Source: an uncultured Bifidobacterium sp.
GTDB lineage: Bacteria; Actinomycetota; Actinomycetes; Nanopelagicales; Nanopelagicaceae
Length of the DNA: 52,050 bases
Direction: 5' to 3'
Assembly: GCA_964490435.1 (NCBI GenBank)
Contig: CAZBCF010000001.1
Location: 49,734-101,783 of the forward strand
The number at the start of each line of letters is the position of its first letter. Within the stretch, counting starts at the first letter, position 1. The notes under the pieces were generated by a model. The model was not told the DNA's origin, made no database searches, and worked only from the letters and a program-made list of their open reading frames with translations. Shown one piece after another: positions 18,454 to 29,609 of this stretch. A program made the position numbers and the translations under genes.

Positions 18454-20473
18454 GGTTTTGTAGCGGTTTTAGATCCAGTTCTTTGTCGAGCACCGTGATT
18501 GACGCGATATTCGGAAAACTCTTGAGTACCGAACTCGCTTCTGCTACCTCATCTCCATTGGCGATGAGAACAGGTGATTGCCAACTTGAACCGACGAATG
18601 CGGCGAGCGGCGAGCGGGTAATCACAACACGGGCTGGAAAACGGAATTGATTCAGCTGCCCATAAAAGATGCCAGCGACATTGCGCTCCGCCAGAGCCTC
18701 GGCAACTGATTTCGACGGCTCGTAGTTTCGACTCCAGATGATAGGACGATCAGCGGCGATAATCCGAGCCGCGTCGCGGAGCATCTCCTCTCGTTCGCTC
18801 TTGATGAGAATGAGCGGCTCACCGGGAAGTTTGGCGAACACGCGTTCGCTCACCTCTATCTCAGAACGTCCCTCACAACGAGTCTCAGTGAGTTTAGCTT
18901 TCGCGAGGATTGCTTTGGCGGGCAGCGCTTTCGAATTTCCAATCAAAGTCACCGACGTGATTTTGCGACGGGCCAATTCCTTTCGCGTCTGTTGCGATAG
19001 CGCTTTGTTCGTCACGTTGAGAACTGGCAATTGGAGTCTGCTGCCATAAGCCAAACCCACCAGAGCGCCAGCGGGATCGCCTTGGAAATTGACGAGTACT
19101 GCGCTTTTGGCGCTCGGCCACATATTTCGTGAGACTGCGATCGCTAGATCGTCGGCACTCTCAGCAGTTACCCGATTAACCGACCTGGAAATCCACGTGG
19201 ATGGCAACTTCAACTTCGAGCGAAAACTCTCACCAGTCAACTCTGCACTGGCCCCGGTCGCGCTGTATGCGACGATTGCCTTAACTCCGCCCGCCTTAGT
19301 GCGCGATGTGATCTCATAACGCATTACATCAGGCAGTCCGAATGCTTTTGCAAAATCTGCTTGACTGACTTGCCTGGTCCACGAACTAAAAGTCGGGTTG
19401 ATTAATGGATCAAGGCTCCAAGGATCTGGGACTGGCACCAGATAGGGAATCGGACTCCCCCACACCTCTGCAACATCCTGTGTTGTACCACCAGTTGACG
19501 AAGCGTAGAAAGTAGAAATCACTTTCCCTTTGTAGGTCACGGCAAGACCTTTGCCTGGTTCAGGTTCCGTTGCAGTGATTGCATCGACCCATTTTTGCCC
19601 ATAAACCGGTTCACTCTCTTTGGAGTAACCGACGAAATTCTGATCTTGCACTGATGAATAAAGATTGCAATCACATCCCTTGCGGAAAGTATTGGCTTTC
19701 ACGATTGCAAAGGATCTGGCTGCAATTACTTGCGCTTCAAGCGCAGCGCTCGGCCATGATGAAGGAACCTCACCGATGCCGCGCAAGTATTCACTGTGGA
19801 TTCGCAATGTCGTTGTTGCGATGATCGAGCCTTGGATAGCCGGAGATACCGGAGGGATAAATTTCACTTGAATCTGGCCATACTTATACTTGCGCACGAT
19901 TGAACCTTGGCGCATCTTCACCACATTCACATCTCCCGGATATGTCGGGGTCCCCGACCAGCGCAAAGTCCACACTTGACCAATTGGCAACGTTGTTGCC
20001 TGCTTAGTTACTGAATCAAGAACTGAGGTGATCAATGTGCCGCTGAGTGCAGAGAACATCACCTCGCCACCGATTGGTACTTCAGCAACTGGTTGTTCAG
20101 TTGCCGGAACTTCTGGCGGTAGATCCCCGCTATATATACGTAATGGCGCAGCAAGCCCCCCGATGCCTTCGGCGGCGAAACCTACCGTTGCGACTTTATC
20201 TGCGATGTTGACTCGAACGAATTGCGAATCATCCACCGACTCGACAATTGTTCCTGGGTAGTAGTACGTCGCTATCTCAGAGCCACTCTTTCCCTCAAGG
20301 GCCTGACCGTATGCTCCAAATTGGCTCATCCCAACGCCATGGCCGTAGCCCGAGCCGCGGAACTCAAATCGCGCTGGAATCTCGACCGCGCTAGCGCTGA
20401 GGGGGTTGAGCGAAGTAACAGAGGTAAAGATGAGGGTAAGTGCGAGCGATCTGATTCTCTTAGACATCTTCAT
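18446..20473 (-). CDS. Secreted SpoIID/LytB-domain lytic transglycosylase with C-terminal extension
   Basis: Signal peptide, GSGYGHGVGMSQFGA, YLRGIGEVPSSW..ALEAQ.IAARSFA, SSTGG.T, PYL.PVPD. Confidence 0.85.
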   Translation of the reverse strand: MKMSKRIRSLALTLIFTSVTSLNPLSASAVEIPARFEFRGSGYGHGVGMSQFGAYGQALEGKSGSEIATYYYPGTIVESVDDSQFVRVNIADKVATVGFAAEGIGGLAAPLRIYSGDLPPEVPATEQPVAEVPIGGEVMFSALSGTLITSVLDSVTKQATTLPIGQVWTLRWSGTPTYPGDVNVVKMRQGSIVRKYKYGQIQVKFIPPVSPAIQGSIIATTTLRIHSEYLRGIGEVPSSWPSAALEAQVIAARSFAIVKANTFRKGCDCNLYSSVQDQNFVGYSKESEPVYGQKWVDAITATEPEPGKGLAVTYKGKVISTFYASSTGGTTQDVAEVWGSPIPYLVPVPDPWSLDPLINPTFSSWTRQVSQADFAKAFGLPDVMRYEITSRTKAGGVKAIVAYSATGASAELTGESFRSKLKLPSTWISRSVNRVTAESADDLAIAVSRNMWPSAKSAVLVNFQGDPAGALVGLAYGSRLQLPVLNVTNKALSQQTRKELARRKITSVTLIGNSKALPAKAILAKAKLTETRCEGRSEIEVSERVFAKLPGEPLILIKSEREEMLRDAARIIAADRPIIWSRNYEPSKSVAEALAERNVAGIFYGQLNQFRFPARVVITRSPLAAFVGSSWQSPVLIANGDEVAEASSVLKSFPNIASITVLDKELDLKPLQNLS

Positions 20474-21254
20474 CAGCAGCAGGAGATGCCGCCACGTGCA
20501 ATGACTCCTTATATGCGGTGATGACCTGCTTTGGCTCCCCGCGCATCATCACCTGTCCCTGATTGAGCCAAACGACATCGTTACAAATGTCCTGCACCGT
20601 CGCCAAAGCATGGCTGACAATGATGATTGCCCTGTTATGACTTCGCAAAGATTTAATTCGGTCTAAACATTTCTTTTTGAACTTTGCATCGCCAGTACTG
20701 AGCGCCTCATCAATAATGAGGATGTCTGGCTCGACTACAACCGACACCGCAAATGCAAGGCGCGAGTACATTCCTGATGAATAGGTCTTCATCGGAGAAT
20801 CGATTGCATCACCAATCTCTGCAAAGGCGGCAATCTCATCGAATTGCCCTTGGATATCGGTCCGACTTAAACCCGCAGCAAGACCGCCGAGGATCACGTT
20901 CTCGCGTCCAGTCAATCGAGGGTTGAACCCGACGCCGAGGGCTAACAGCGTGCTAACTTTTCCTTCGACCACTACCTCTCCCGAGGTTGGCGGGATGATT
21001 CCAGAAATCACTCGCATCAGCGAAGATTTACCTGCTCCGTTAGTGCCAATAACGCCCAGCACACTTCCATATGGAATATCGAGAGTGATGCCACGTAAGG
21101 CTCTTACCTCACGAGTCTTTCGACCAGTTTGAGTGAGCGCTTGCCTAAAAGTAGGTTTTCGCTCAAGGGTGGTCACATAGGTAAGAGTGAGGTCATTGAT
21201 TGACACGGCACGATCACCTGGGCGATGTTCATCAGATACGGAGAGCAAATTCAC
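20460..21254 (-). CDS. Polysaccharide/teichoic acid ABC exporter ATPase (Wzt/TagH-like)
   Basis: GTNGAGKS, YSSGM..RLAF, ILIIDE, VSH; true start may be GTG 21206. Confidence 0.9.
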   Translation of the reverse strand: MNLLSVSDEHRPGDRAVSINDLTLTYVTTLERKPTFRQALTQTGRKTREVRALRGITLDIPYGSVLGVIGTNGAGKSSLMRVISGIIPPTSGEVVVEGKVSTLLALGVGFNPRLTGRENVILGGLAAGLSRTDIQGQFDEIAAFAEIGDAIDSPMKTYSSGMYSRLAFAVSVVVEPDILIIDEALSTGDAKFKKKCLDRIKSLRSHNRAIIIVSHALATVQDICNDVVWLNQGQVMMRGEPKQVITAYKESLHVAASPAADEDV

Positions 21255-22056
21255 GCTCCCTGCTCAAGAACAAATAACTGGCAAGAAGGAATAAGCCAAG
21301 ACTCCAGGAGCACATCAAGATCCACGTCGTCGAAGTGGGCGCGAGCCCGCTTACGAATATTCCGCTCCACCCATCGATGAATGGCGCTAGTGGATTGATG
21401 TACTTGAGTGGCGCGAGCGCAGGTTTGAGCGAGGAAGATTCATAGAGGACGGGCGATAGATAGAGCCAAGCGCGCGTAAGGTATGGAAGGAAGTTCTTTG
21501 TATCTCGGAAATAAACGTTCAAGGTAGCGAACAAGAGCGCAAATGCCAACGAAAGTATGAGTACGAGCACGAGGATCACCGGAATGAGCAGTAATGCCAC
21601 GCTCATCGGCTCCGCGAGCGTCAAGGCAATAACGGCTAACACCACAAGAGTGGGGATGAATTTGAAGAACGAGATCAGAGTTGCAGACAAGGGAAGCACA
21701 AAACGTGGAAATGCAGAATTGAGAATGAGTTTGCCACCACTAGTAATGGATTTCGCTCCCATCGTCAATGAGTTGGTGACTAAGTAGAAGAGGAAGAGCC
21801 CTGCAGTCAGGTGGGCAAAACGTCGACCATCGGCATTGCCGCCGATGACCATAATCAGCAAGAAATAGACCAAAGCCAATAGCAATGGATTGATGATCAA
21901 CCACAGTTGGCCGAAGAGAGAGCCGAAGTTCTGGGCGCGCAATTCCGAGCGCGAATATTCGGCGATAAAAGATCGGCGCTTCCATACCTGGCCGAAATAA
22001 GGGGCGAGCTTTGGCATTCCGCTACGAAAGGGTTGAAAAACCTGAACGTGCGCCAC
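21232..22056 (-). CDS. Polysaccharide/teichoic acid ABC exporter permease (Wzm/TagG-like)
   Basis: GS.FG.LW.IINPL, FPRFVLP, NVYFRD, YLSPVLY, INPL; GAGG RBS before GTG 22056. Confidence 0.9.
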   Translation of the reverse strand: MAHVQVFQPFRSGMPKLAPYFGQVWKRRSFIAEYSRSELRAQNFGSLFGQLWLIINPLLLALVYFLLIMVIGGNADGRRFAHLTAGLFLFYLVTNSLTMGAKSITSGGKLILNSAFPRFVLPLSATLISFFKFIPTLVVLAVIALTLAEPMSVALLLIPVILVLVLILSLAFALLFATLNVYFRDTKNFLPYLTRAWLYLSPVLYESSSLKPALAPLKYINPLAPFIDGWSGIFVSGLAPTSTTWILMCSWSLGLFLLASYLFLSREREFALRI

Positions 22057-22127
22057 GCACACCTCACCCTCGTACTCGGCTATTGCTAGTCGGCTTCATT
22101 CACCTACGACGCCGCTCAATAGTACCG

Positions 22128-23114
22128 CTAGCTCTTGGCGGTGACCCGCTTTGTCGAAGTGATAAAACCCCATGCCCATGAAAAATGCATAGTTGCCAGG
22201 ATAAACGGCAGCAATAACTTAGCTGGTGCCGGATCTTTGATGAAAATCGCGAACGTACCGACGACATTAAATACGAGATAGAGAAGCGGCAGTAGGAGAA
22301 ATAATGGATGCACTAACGAGCCGATGATTCCGATGACACAACCAACCAAAGTCACTGGCGGTGCAAGGTATCTCAAACTAATCGTGCCCTCATGGCTGCG
22401 TGCGACTTCACGTCGCCATCTACCGTATTCAAAATATTGTTTGGCTAGGGCACGTAACGTGGGACGAGGTCGATAACTAACGTGCAATCGCGGATTGAAA
22501 TAGACCAGACCGCCACGCTCTCGCAATCGAAAGTTCAACTCCCAATCTTGTGCGCGAATGAAATGCGGATCGAATCCCTGAATCTCCTCGATTGCGCTGC
22601 GCAAGAAGACGCCAAGATAAACTGTGTCGGCTGGACCTTCATTGCCACCCACATGAAAACTTCCACCGCCAACGCCAAAGATGCTTCGCATCGCAGCCGC
22701 TACCGCACGTTCAAAGTTAGTTTTCCCTTCTGCCGCCATGATGCCGCCCACATTCACCGCACCGGTACGTACCAAGGTCGCTACCGCTTCACGGATATAT
22801 CCCTGCGGAAGTATCGAATGTCCGTCAACGCGCACGATAATTGGAAAACGCGAGCCAGCAATAGCTTTATTGAGCGCATCTGCGGTGCGTCCACTGGGAT
22901 TCTCTACTAATGAAACACGGTGATCACCCCGCGCGATCTCTGCGGCAACCTCATTCGTTCGATCACGAGATGGGCCCAAAGCCAGGACTATCTCTATTTC
23001 ACCCGAGTAATCCTGAGCAGAAATAGCCTGCACGGTTGCTGCGAGGTAACGCTCTTCGTTCAAGACCGGTAGAATCACGGATACCGGAGTTTGGTTGGTA
23101 ATTGGCGTGGTCAT
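22128..23114 (-). CDS. Glycosyltransferase family 2
   Basis: VSVILPVLNEE, VRVDGH, QDWELN.R, QYFEYGRWR, C-terminal TM helices. Confidence 0.9.
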   Translation of the reverse strand: MTTPITNQTPVSVILPVLNEERYLAATVQAISAQDYSGEIEIVLALGPSRDRTNEVAAEIARGDHRVSLVENPSGRTADALNKAIAGSRFPIIVRVDGHSILPQGYIREAVATLVRTGAVNVGGIMAAEGKTNFERAVAAAMRSIFGVGGGSFHVGGNEGPADTVYLGVFLRSAIEEIQGFDPHFIRAQDWELNFRLRERGGLVYFNPRLHVSYRPRPTLRALAKQYFEYGRWRREVARSHEGTISLRYLAPPVTLVGCVIGIIGSLVHPLFLLLPLLYLVFNVVGTFAIFIKDPAPAKLLLPFILATMHFSWAWGFITSTKRVTAKS

Positions 23115-23150
23115 CAAGGTCAGAAGGTACTCTCCACATAGGCTATACGC

Positions 23151-24341
23151 GTGATTATGGAACGTTTGGCGCGAATTCTTCCCGGACAAAGCCGCCGCCA
23201 GCGAGTAATCGCCCTCTTTTCGGTAAGCATCGTGCTGATATCGAGCATCATCTGGGGTGGTTTTGGCGCTGCAACGTCGCAGATAAAAAGAGTTGACGTA
23301 TTCAAAGATCGCACCGAACGTCCGAAAGTGGTTGCACGTACTGCGGTCACATATCTCATCGTCGGCTCAGATACTCGCGAAGGCTTGACCAAGGCCGAGA
23401 TCAAAGCGTTGAAGGTCGGCTCCACGAAAGTCGCCGCCGGAAAGAGATCAGACACGATGCTGCTGGTGCACGTCAGTAAATCTCGTGACCACGCCACTAT
23501 AGTTTCGATACCTCGAGATACTTTCGTGCGCGTGCCCGAATGGACTGACAGCAAGGGCAAAGTTCATCCACCTTCTTATTCCAAGATCAACGCAACTTTC
23601 GGACGCGGTGATGCACCTTTATTGGTACAGACTCTGGAAAGCATGACTAATCTCCGCATTGACCATTACATCGAAGTCAGTTTCCTTGGATTCAAAGAGA
23701 TGGTCGATGCGCTAGGTGGCGTAGAGATCTGCACGAAGCGGAAGATAAACGATCCGAAGAGCCATCTCGTCCTACCTGCAGGTACCCATCGACTCGATGG
23801 CATCACAGCATTGAAATATGTTCGTACTCGGTATTTCGATGGGATGGGTGATCTTGGTCGAATGCAGCGCCAACAACAATTCATCTCTGCCATGATTCGG
23901 GAAGCATCAAGCGCTGATGTCTTGCTCAATCCAGTGAAACTTGTGAAGTTCATTAATGCGGCATTAGGTTCAGTGACAACTGACCCAGGATTGAAACAGG
24001 ATGATCTAATTACCCTCGCCGAACAACTACGCGGTATTTCCACGAAGAAAGTCCGTACTCTCACCGTTCCACTCTCGAATGAGAATTACTGGGCTAAGGG
24101 CGTCACCGCCTCAGTGTTATGGGACGAAGAGTTGGCTCCAATCTTGTGGGAGAAACTACGAAATGACGAGGAAGTCTTCGTGGAGCCCATGCCAACACCC
24201 ACAACTACCGATAAAGATGGTGCGGAAGTTCCTGATAAAACCAAAGTTAAATCCAAAGCGTCACCTTCTCCTACGCCTACTCCTACAGATCTCTTCAAGT
24301 CGCGAACCGCTGATGTCGATAGCTGTGGCGCCCTCCGCTAA
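23151..24341 (+). CDS. LCP (LytR-CpsA-Psr) family glycopolymer transferase
   Basis: TM helix, GSDTR, RSDTMLL, SIPRD, KINA, YVRTR..D.GR..RQQ. Confidence 0.93.
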   Translation: MIMERLARILPGQSRRQRVIALFSVSIVLISSIIWGGFGAATSQIKRVDVFKDRTERPKVVARTAVTYLIVGSDTREGLTKAEIKALKVGSTKVAAGKRSDTMLLVHVSKSRDHATIVSIPRDTFVRVPEWTDSKGKVHPPSYSKINATFGRGDAPLLVQTLESMTNLRIDHYIEVSFLGFKEMVDALGGVEICTKRKINDPKSHLVLPAGTHRLDGITALKYVRTRYFDGMGDLGRMQRQQQFISAMIREASSADVLLNPVKLVKFINAALGSVTTDPGLKQDDLITLAEQLRGISTKKVRTLTVPLSNENYWAKGVTASVLWDEELAPILWEKLRNDEEVFVEPMPTPTTTDKDGAEVPDKTKVKSKASPSPTPTPTDLFKSRTADVDSCGALR

Positions 24342-24350
24342 CCTGCCGCT

Positions 24351-25649
24351 ATGAAGATCTCGGTCATCGGCGCCGGCTATCTCGGTGCTACGCACGCGAT
24401 CTGCATGGCATCACTTGGTCACGACGTGGTCGTGGTAGATATCGATTCCGAGAAGATTGCGCAGTTGAATTCGGGAGTCGTTCCATTCTTCGAACCAGGA
24501 CTCACTGAGTTACTCTCCACAGTCCGAGGCACTGCCAACGTCAAGTTCACCACAGACTTTGAAGCAGCCGCAGAGTCAGATCTTCACTTCCTCTGCATCG
24601 GTACACCTCAATCTGCTACCGGCCTTGGCGCTGATCTAACTGCGCTAGAGAGCGCATTTACGTCGCTCATTGATATCGCTAAAAGTGGATCTATCGTCGT
24701 TGGAAAATCCACAGTGCCAGTCGGAACTGCTGAACGATTTGCCGAGCTGCTCACCGCCGAGAAGAGAAATATCACGTTAAATTGGAATCCGGAATTCTTA
24801 CGAGAAGGCCATGCGCTGGCAGATACTTTGCACCCTAATCGAATCGTGATTGGTGCGCGTTCCACAGATGAGGCGAAGGTTCTGGCTGAGTTCTACAAGC
24901 AAGTCTGCCCAGACGCTCCGATATTTATCACTAACTTCCCGACGGCTGAATTAGTGAAAGTTGCGGCAAACGCATTCCTGGCAACAAAGATCTCATTCAT
25001 CAACGCTATGTCTGAAGTTGCTGATGCCACTGGTGCCGATGTGGCACTTTTGGCAGATGCAATCGGAGTCGATGATCGAATCGGAAGGAAATTCCTCGGT
25101 GCGGGTATCGGTTTCGGAGGTGGATGTCTTCCGAAAGACATTCGCGCCTTCTTGGCGCGGGCAGATGAGTTGGGATTAAGCCAGTCACTCAACTTCTTAC
25201 ATGAATTCGATCTTATAAACCAACGTGCGCGAACTCGCGCAGTCGCGCTTGCTCTCAAAGAGTTGGGCGATCCCCGAGGCAAGAAGGTCGCAGTTCTAGG
25301 TGCGGCGTTCAAACCTGAAAGTGACGATGTGCGCGACTCCCCAGCACTTGAAATCGCTGAGACGTTAGCAACTTTAGGCGCTGATGTTGTCGTCAATGAT
25401 CCACGAGCGCTAACCAACGCCGCTCTTAAGGTTCCAGAGCTCACCTACTCTGATTCAATCGAAGCAACAGTGCACGATGCGGAGTTGATTATGCATCTGA
25501 CCGAATGGAATAAGTATCGTCAACTTGATCCGGTGCGATTACGCGCACTGGTGAAAAAAGCAACAATCTTCGATGGACGGAATGTTTTACATGTTCCGAG
25601 TTGGCAAGCTGCCGGCTGGAAATTACTCGCCTTGGGTCGTTCGCTTTAG
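24351..25649 (+). CDS. ugd: UDP-glucose/GDP-mannose dehydrogenase
   Basis: [42 protein letters not shown]. Confidence 0.93.
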   Translation: MKISVIGAGYLGATHAICMASLGHDVVVVDIDSEKIAQLNSGVVPFFEPGLTELLSTVRGTANVKFTTDFEAAAESDLHFLCIGTPQSATGLGADLTALESAFTSLIDIAKSGSIVVGKSTVPVGTAERFAELLTAEKRNITLNWNPEFLREGHALADTLHPNRIVIGARSTDEAKVLAEFYKQVCPDAPIFITNFPTAELVKVAANAFLATKISFINAMSEVADATGADVALLADAIGVDDRIGRKFLGAGIGFGGGCLPKDIRAFLARADELGLSQSLNFLHEFDLINQRARTRAVALALKELGDPRGKKVAVLGAAFKPESDDVRDSPALEIAETLATLGADVVVNDPRALTNAALKVPELTYSDSIEATVHDAELIMHLTEWNKYRQLDPVRLRALVKKATIFDGRNVLHVPSWQAAGWKLLALGRSL

Positions 25650-26126
25650 ATTCTCTGCTCGTCCCAGCACGTCGGTATGCATACGCTCCATCTGCGCTTT
25701 GATAGCACCCAACCTCTGAAGATCACTGGCACCGATGATTCGCGCAGCAAGTAATCCGGCGTTCTTTGCATTGCCGATGCCAACGGTTGCCACCGGAACT
25801 CCGGCTGGCATTTGTGCCATGGAAAGGAGTGAATCGAGACCATCTAGCGCCTTGAGTGGAATGGGAACACCGATAACCGGAAGCGGAGTGATCGAGGCGA
25901 GCATTCCGGGAAGGTGCGCGGCACCCCCCGCGCCAGCAATAATCACTTTGAATCCTCGGTCGACTGCCGCTTTTCCGAACTCCATCATCTCGTCAGGCAT
26001 TCGGTGTGCCGATAACAGCGCTACTTCATACCCGATGCCTAATTCAGAGAGCGTTGTGGCAGCCGCTTCCATGGTGGGCCAGTCGGAATCTGAACCCATC
26101 ACTATCGCTACGTCAGCCATTGCCAC
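25623..26126 (-). CDS. purE: N5-CAIR mutase
   Basis: [33 protein letters not shown]. Confidence 0.96.
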   Translation of the reverse strand: MAMADVAIVMGSDSDWPTMEAAATTLSELGIGYEVALLSAHRMPDEMMEFGKAAVDRGFKVIIAGAGGAAHLPGMLASITPLPVIGVPIPLKALDGLDSLLSMAQMPAGVPVATVGIGNAKNAGLLAARIIGASDLQRLGAIKAQMERMHTDVLGRAENLKRTTQGE

Positions 26127-26129
26127 ACT

Positions 26130-27245
26130 CTACTCATCCTCAGAAATCTCACCTTTAATGTAGTCGACCGCGTGCGTGACTCGCGCCCGCACGTCGTCCA
26201 GGTCAGATCCGAGCGCCGTTACATGGCCAACTTTTCGCCCGGGACGTACCTGCTTTGCATAGTTATGTACCTTCAGGTGCGGGTCGCGCGCGAATAGATG
26301 CAAATATGGTCGATGAAGGTCGCTTTTCGCCCCTCCGATGATGTTACCCATCACGCTCCACTGTGCAGTGAGCGAAGTATCACCCAGCGGTAAGTCAAGG
26401 ACTGCTCGAATATGTTGCTCGAATTGAGAAGTGGTCGCCCCTTCAATCGTCCAATGTCCAGAGTTATGGGGACGAAGTGCGATCTCGTTGATGAGCAAGC
26501 TGCCGTTGACATCGAATAATTCAACTGCCATCACACCAATGAGGCCAATGTGTTCGGCGATGGCCAAGGCAATCTCTTGCGCTTGGAATGCAGTCGTGTC
26601 AGTGAGATTCGGTGCCGGCGAGATAGTTTGGATGCAGATACCGTCACTCTGAATCGTTTCAGTGGTGGCCCAAGTCGAAACCTGATTATGCGGTGATCGC
26701 GCCACCATAATGGCTAACTCTCGATCGAACTCGACCACCTCTTCGCACAGTGCGCTCCCCCACTCATTCAAAACCTGCTCTGCGGCTGCGCGGTCTGCCA
26801 CCAATCGAACTCCGCGCCCGTCATAACCGCCTGTAATGGATTTAAGAATCACCGGATAAGAGGCTATTTCATTAGCACTGGTGAGCGATTTCCATTCCGG
26901 TTGCGGCAAACCTGCGGCGCTAAAACTTCTACGCATATGTAACTTATCTTGCGCGTGCGCAAGTGCCTTTGCTGATGGGCGCACAATTTTGCCTAACTCT
27001 TCTAATCTCCGAATATGCCCATTAGGCACCAACTCGTGTTCGAAAGTAATCACATCGCAGTCATCAGCGAATGTAATTAATTCGTCGAGGTCTCGATAGT
27101 CGCCAATAGTCGCTGGGAAATATTGCGCGGCGCTATCGTCAGAGCGCCCTGCCAGTATCCGCAACGAGATACCAAGGGCGGTCGCAGGTGCCAAAGACAT
27201 CTGTGCAAGTTGGCCTGCTCCGATAATTCCCAATCGAGGCGTCAT
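26130..27245 (-). CDS. purK: N5-CAIR synthetase
   Basis: GAGQLA.M, TFEHE, GGYDGRG, NEIALRPHNSGHWT, SQFEQH, RKVGH. Confidence 0.96.
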   Translation of the reverse strand: MTPRLGIIGAGQLAQMSLAPATALGISLRILAGRSDDSAAQYFPATIGDYRDLDELITFADDCDVITFEHELVPNGHIRRLEELGKIVRPSAKALAHAQDKLHMRRSFSAAGLPQPEWKSLTSANEIASYPVILKSITGGYDGRGVRLVADRAAAEQVLNEWGSALCEEVVEFDRELAIMVARSPHNQVSTWATTETIQSDGICIQTISPAPNLTDTTAFQAQEIALAIAEHIGLIGVMAVELFDVNGSLLINEIALRPHNSGHWTIEGATTSQFEQHIRAVLDLPLGDTSLTAQWSVMGNIIGGAKSDLHRPYLHLFARDPHLKVHNYAKQVRPGRKVGHVTALGSDLDDVRARVTHAVDYIKGEISEDE

Positions 27246-27254
27246 GACTCCAGC

Positions 27255-28019
27255 CTACTTAGTCAGGCGCAGATGTGTTACGTCGCCCGCGACGAACTCC
27301 TGACCATCGGCCAACACAAGTGCGCCCGAATCTGAGATTGCCGCAGCACGCCCATGCACTTCTCGTCCGTCAGGCATGCTCAATCGAACGTCACGTTCGA
27401 GCGTGGCGCAGAGTTGGCGATACTTATTCTCGGCTCGCGCTGGTTGCCCGGCCCAAGTCTGCAAGATTTTTTGGAGCTCGTTAAGAAAGTTTTGGACAAG
27501 TACTTCTCGCCGCACCGGTTCATGGGCGTGTAGCCGAAGTGACGTCGCACCCGGTGCCGGAAGTTGCTCCAAGTTCTGCAGACAGTTGATACCAATTCCG
27601 ATGACAACCTTGTCATGAATTTTTTCAGCGATTATTCCGCCGACTTTCTCATCATTAATCATCAGATCATTGGGCCATTTCAAGACCGCTTGTACTCCGG
27701 TTGATTGAAATATTGCCGAGCAAGCAGCCACACCAACTAATAGTGGAATCCAACCCCAGCGATGTTCAGGTTGTCCGACTGGGGTGAGTACAGCAGAGAG
27801 CAAGATGCCATCGCCTGGTTTTGATTGGAAAGTCCGATCCCCTCGACCACGTCCAGCGCTTTGATACTCGGCGAGATATACATCACCGCTCGCTGCACTT
27901 CCTGCACGTAAGGCTGCGACTAGAGATGATTGAGTAGAATCTACTAAATTGAAATGGTGTACTCGCCAGTAACCAGGGTCTAGTGCTGAGATGATTTCTG
28001 CTATCTCCAAAGGTTCCAC
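27255..28019 (-). CDS. birA: Biotin-protein ligase (group I, no HTH)
   Basis: [35 protein letters not shown]; start refined to GTG 28019. Confidence 0.92.
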   Translation of the reverse strand: MEPLEIAEIISALDPGYWRVHHFNLVDSTQSSLVAALRAGSAASGDVYLAEYQSAGRGRGDRTFQSKPGDGILLSAVLTPVGQPEHRWGWIPLLVGVAACSAIFQSTGVQAVLKWPNDLMINDEKVGGIIAEKIHDKVVIGIGINCLQNLEQLPAPGATSLRLHAHEPVRREVLVQNFLNELQKILQTWAGQPARAENKYRQLCATLERDVRLSMPDGREVHGRAAAISDSGALVLADGQEFVAGDVTHLRLTK

Positions 28020-28037
28020 GAGAGGTACGGTACGGCT
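28020..28037. promoter_or_regulatory. Bidirectional leaderless promoter shared by birA and pccB
   Basis: TACGGTA at 28026-28032 reads TACGGT on + (6 nt before ATG 28038) and TACCGT on - (7 nt before GTG 28019). Confidence 0.65.
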
Positions 28038-29609
28038 ATGAGCGGTGATATTCATACCACTGCGGGCAAGATCGACGACTTACAAGCTCGCCTCGACGAG
28101 GCAATTCATGCTGGATCAGAACGCGCAATCGAGAAACAGCACGCAAAAGGCAAAATGACCGCACGTGAGCGGATTTCTGCGCTCGTTGATGAGGGCTCGT
28201 TCACCGAATTCGATGAGCTCGCACGACATCGCTCGGTCGCATTCGGTATGGAGCGCGAGCGTCCCTATGGCGATGGCGTCGTCACCGGCTACGGCACGAT
28301 TGATGGCCGACAGGTAGCGATTTTCTCTCAAGATTTCACAGTGATGGGCGGAAGCCTTGGAGAGGTATTCGGCGAGAAGATTGTCAAAGTCATGGACTTC
28401 GCGCTCAAAGCCGGTATCCCACTCGTCGGGATCAATGATTCGGGTGGCGCGCGAATCCAAGAGGGCGTTGTTTCACTCGGCCTCTACGGTGAGATCTTCC
28501 GACGCAATGCGCGACTCTCTGGCGTGATTCCACAAATCTCACTCATTCTTGGGCCATGTGCTGGCGGGGCCGTCTATTCACCTGCGATGACTGACTTCAC
28601 CATCATGGTCGAAGGCACATCGCATATGTTCATCACCGGACCAGAAGTCATCAAGGCTGTTACTGGCGCAGAAGTTGAAATGGAGGAACTTGGCGGAGCC
28701 AGGACTCATAATACGAAGACTGGCAATTCGCATTATCACGCTGCCGATGAACGAGATGCGATCGATTATGTGAAGAACCTACTGGCATTCCTACCAAGTA
28801 ATAATCGCGAGCGCGCACCCATCTTCCCCATGACTGGAGTCAATCAGGTGAACGCTACTGACTTGGCGCTCAACGCCATCATCCCTGATAGCCCTAATCA
28901 ACCTTATGACATGAAGGTAATCATCACATCCATCTTTGATGAAGGAGAGTTTCTCGAAATCCAAGAGTCCTTTGCGCCAAATATCGTCATCGGTTTCGGT
29001 CGAATCGAAGGACATTCGGTCGGGGTCGTAGCAAACCAACCGCAACAACTTGCCGGCACGCTCGATATCGATGCGAGTGAGAAGGCTGCGCGGTTCGTGC
29101 GCACTTGCGATGCATTCAACGTACCAATCCTCACCCTGGTCGACGTCCCTGGGTTCTTGCCCGGAACTGACCAAGAATGGAATGGCATCATCAGACGTGG
29201 CGCCAAACTTCTTTATGCATATGGCGAAGCAACCGTTCCGATGGTTACCCTCATCACGCGAAAGGCTTACGGCGGCGCTTACGATGTGATGGGTTCCAAA
29301 CACTTAGGCGCTGACGTGAATTTCGCCTGGCCCACAGCGCAAATTGCCGTGATGGGTGCTCAAGGTGCAGTCAATCTCCTCTATCGTCGCGAGCTTGCTG
29401 CCGCTGACGATGCAGAAGGGTTACGTAAGAGATTGATGGCTGAATATGACGACACCCTTGCCAACCCGTATCTTGCTGCGGAACGAGGCTTCATCGATGC
29501 TGTTATCGAGCCCGCGCAGAGTCGATTGAGTATCACTCGAGCATTTCGTGCGCTACGCAATAAACGGGTCGAATTGCCGCCACGCAAACATGGGAATATC
29601 CCGCTGTGA
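28038..29609 (+). CDS. pccB: Acyl-CoA (propionyl-CoA) carboxylase beta subunit
   Basis: [58 protein letters not shown]. Confidence 0.95.
   Translation: MSGDIHTTAGKIDDLQARLDEAIHAGSERAIEKQHAKGKMTARERISALVDEGSFTEFDELARHRSVAFGMERERPYGDGVVTGYGTIDGRQVAIFSQDFTVMGGSLGEVFGEKIVKVMDFALKAGIPLVGINDSGGARIQEGVVSLGLYGEIFRRNARLSGVIPQISLILGPCAGGAVYSPAMTDFTIMVEGTSHMFITGPEVIKAVTGAEVEMEELGGARTHNTKTGNSHYHAADERDAIDYVKNLLAFLPSNNRERAPIFPMTGVNQVNATDLALNAIIPDSPNQPYDMKVIITSIFDEGEFLEIQESFAPNIVIGFGRIEGHSVGVVANQPQQLAGTLDIDASEKAARFVRTCDAFNVPILTLVDVPGFLPGTDQEWNGIIRRGAKLLYAYGEATVPMVTLITRKAYGGAYDVMGSKHLGADVNFAWPTAQIAVMGAQGAVNLLYRRELAAADDAEGLRKRLMAEYDDTLANPYLAAERGFIDAVIEPAQSRLSITRAFRALRNKRVELPPRKHGNIPL

Noticed and set aside
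22064-22100. Short upstream ORF MKPTSNSRVRG* before the ABC permease (minus strand)
   Set aside because: Too short, no regulatory codon pattern, consistent with chance
24180-24290. Pro/Thr repeats (PMPTPTTT, SPSPTPTPT) in the LCP gene
   Set aside because: Ordinary low-complexity linker; codons vary, so not a DNA tandem repeat
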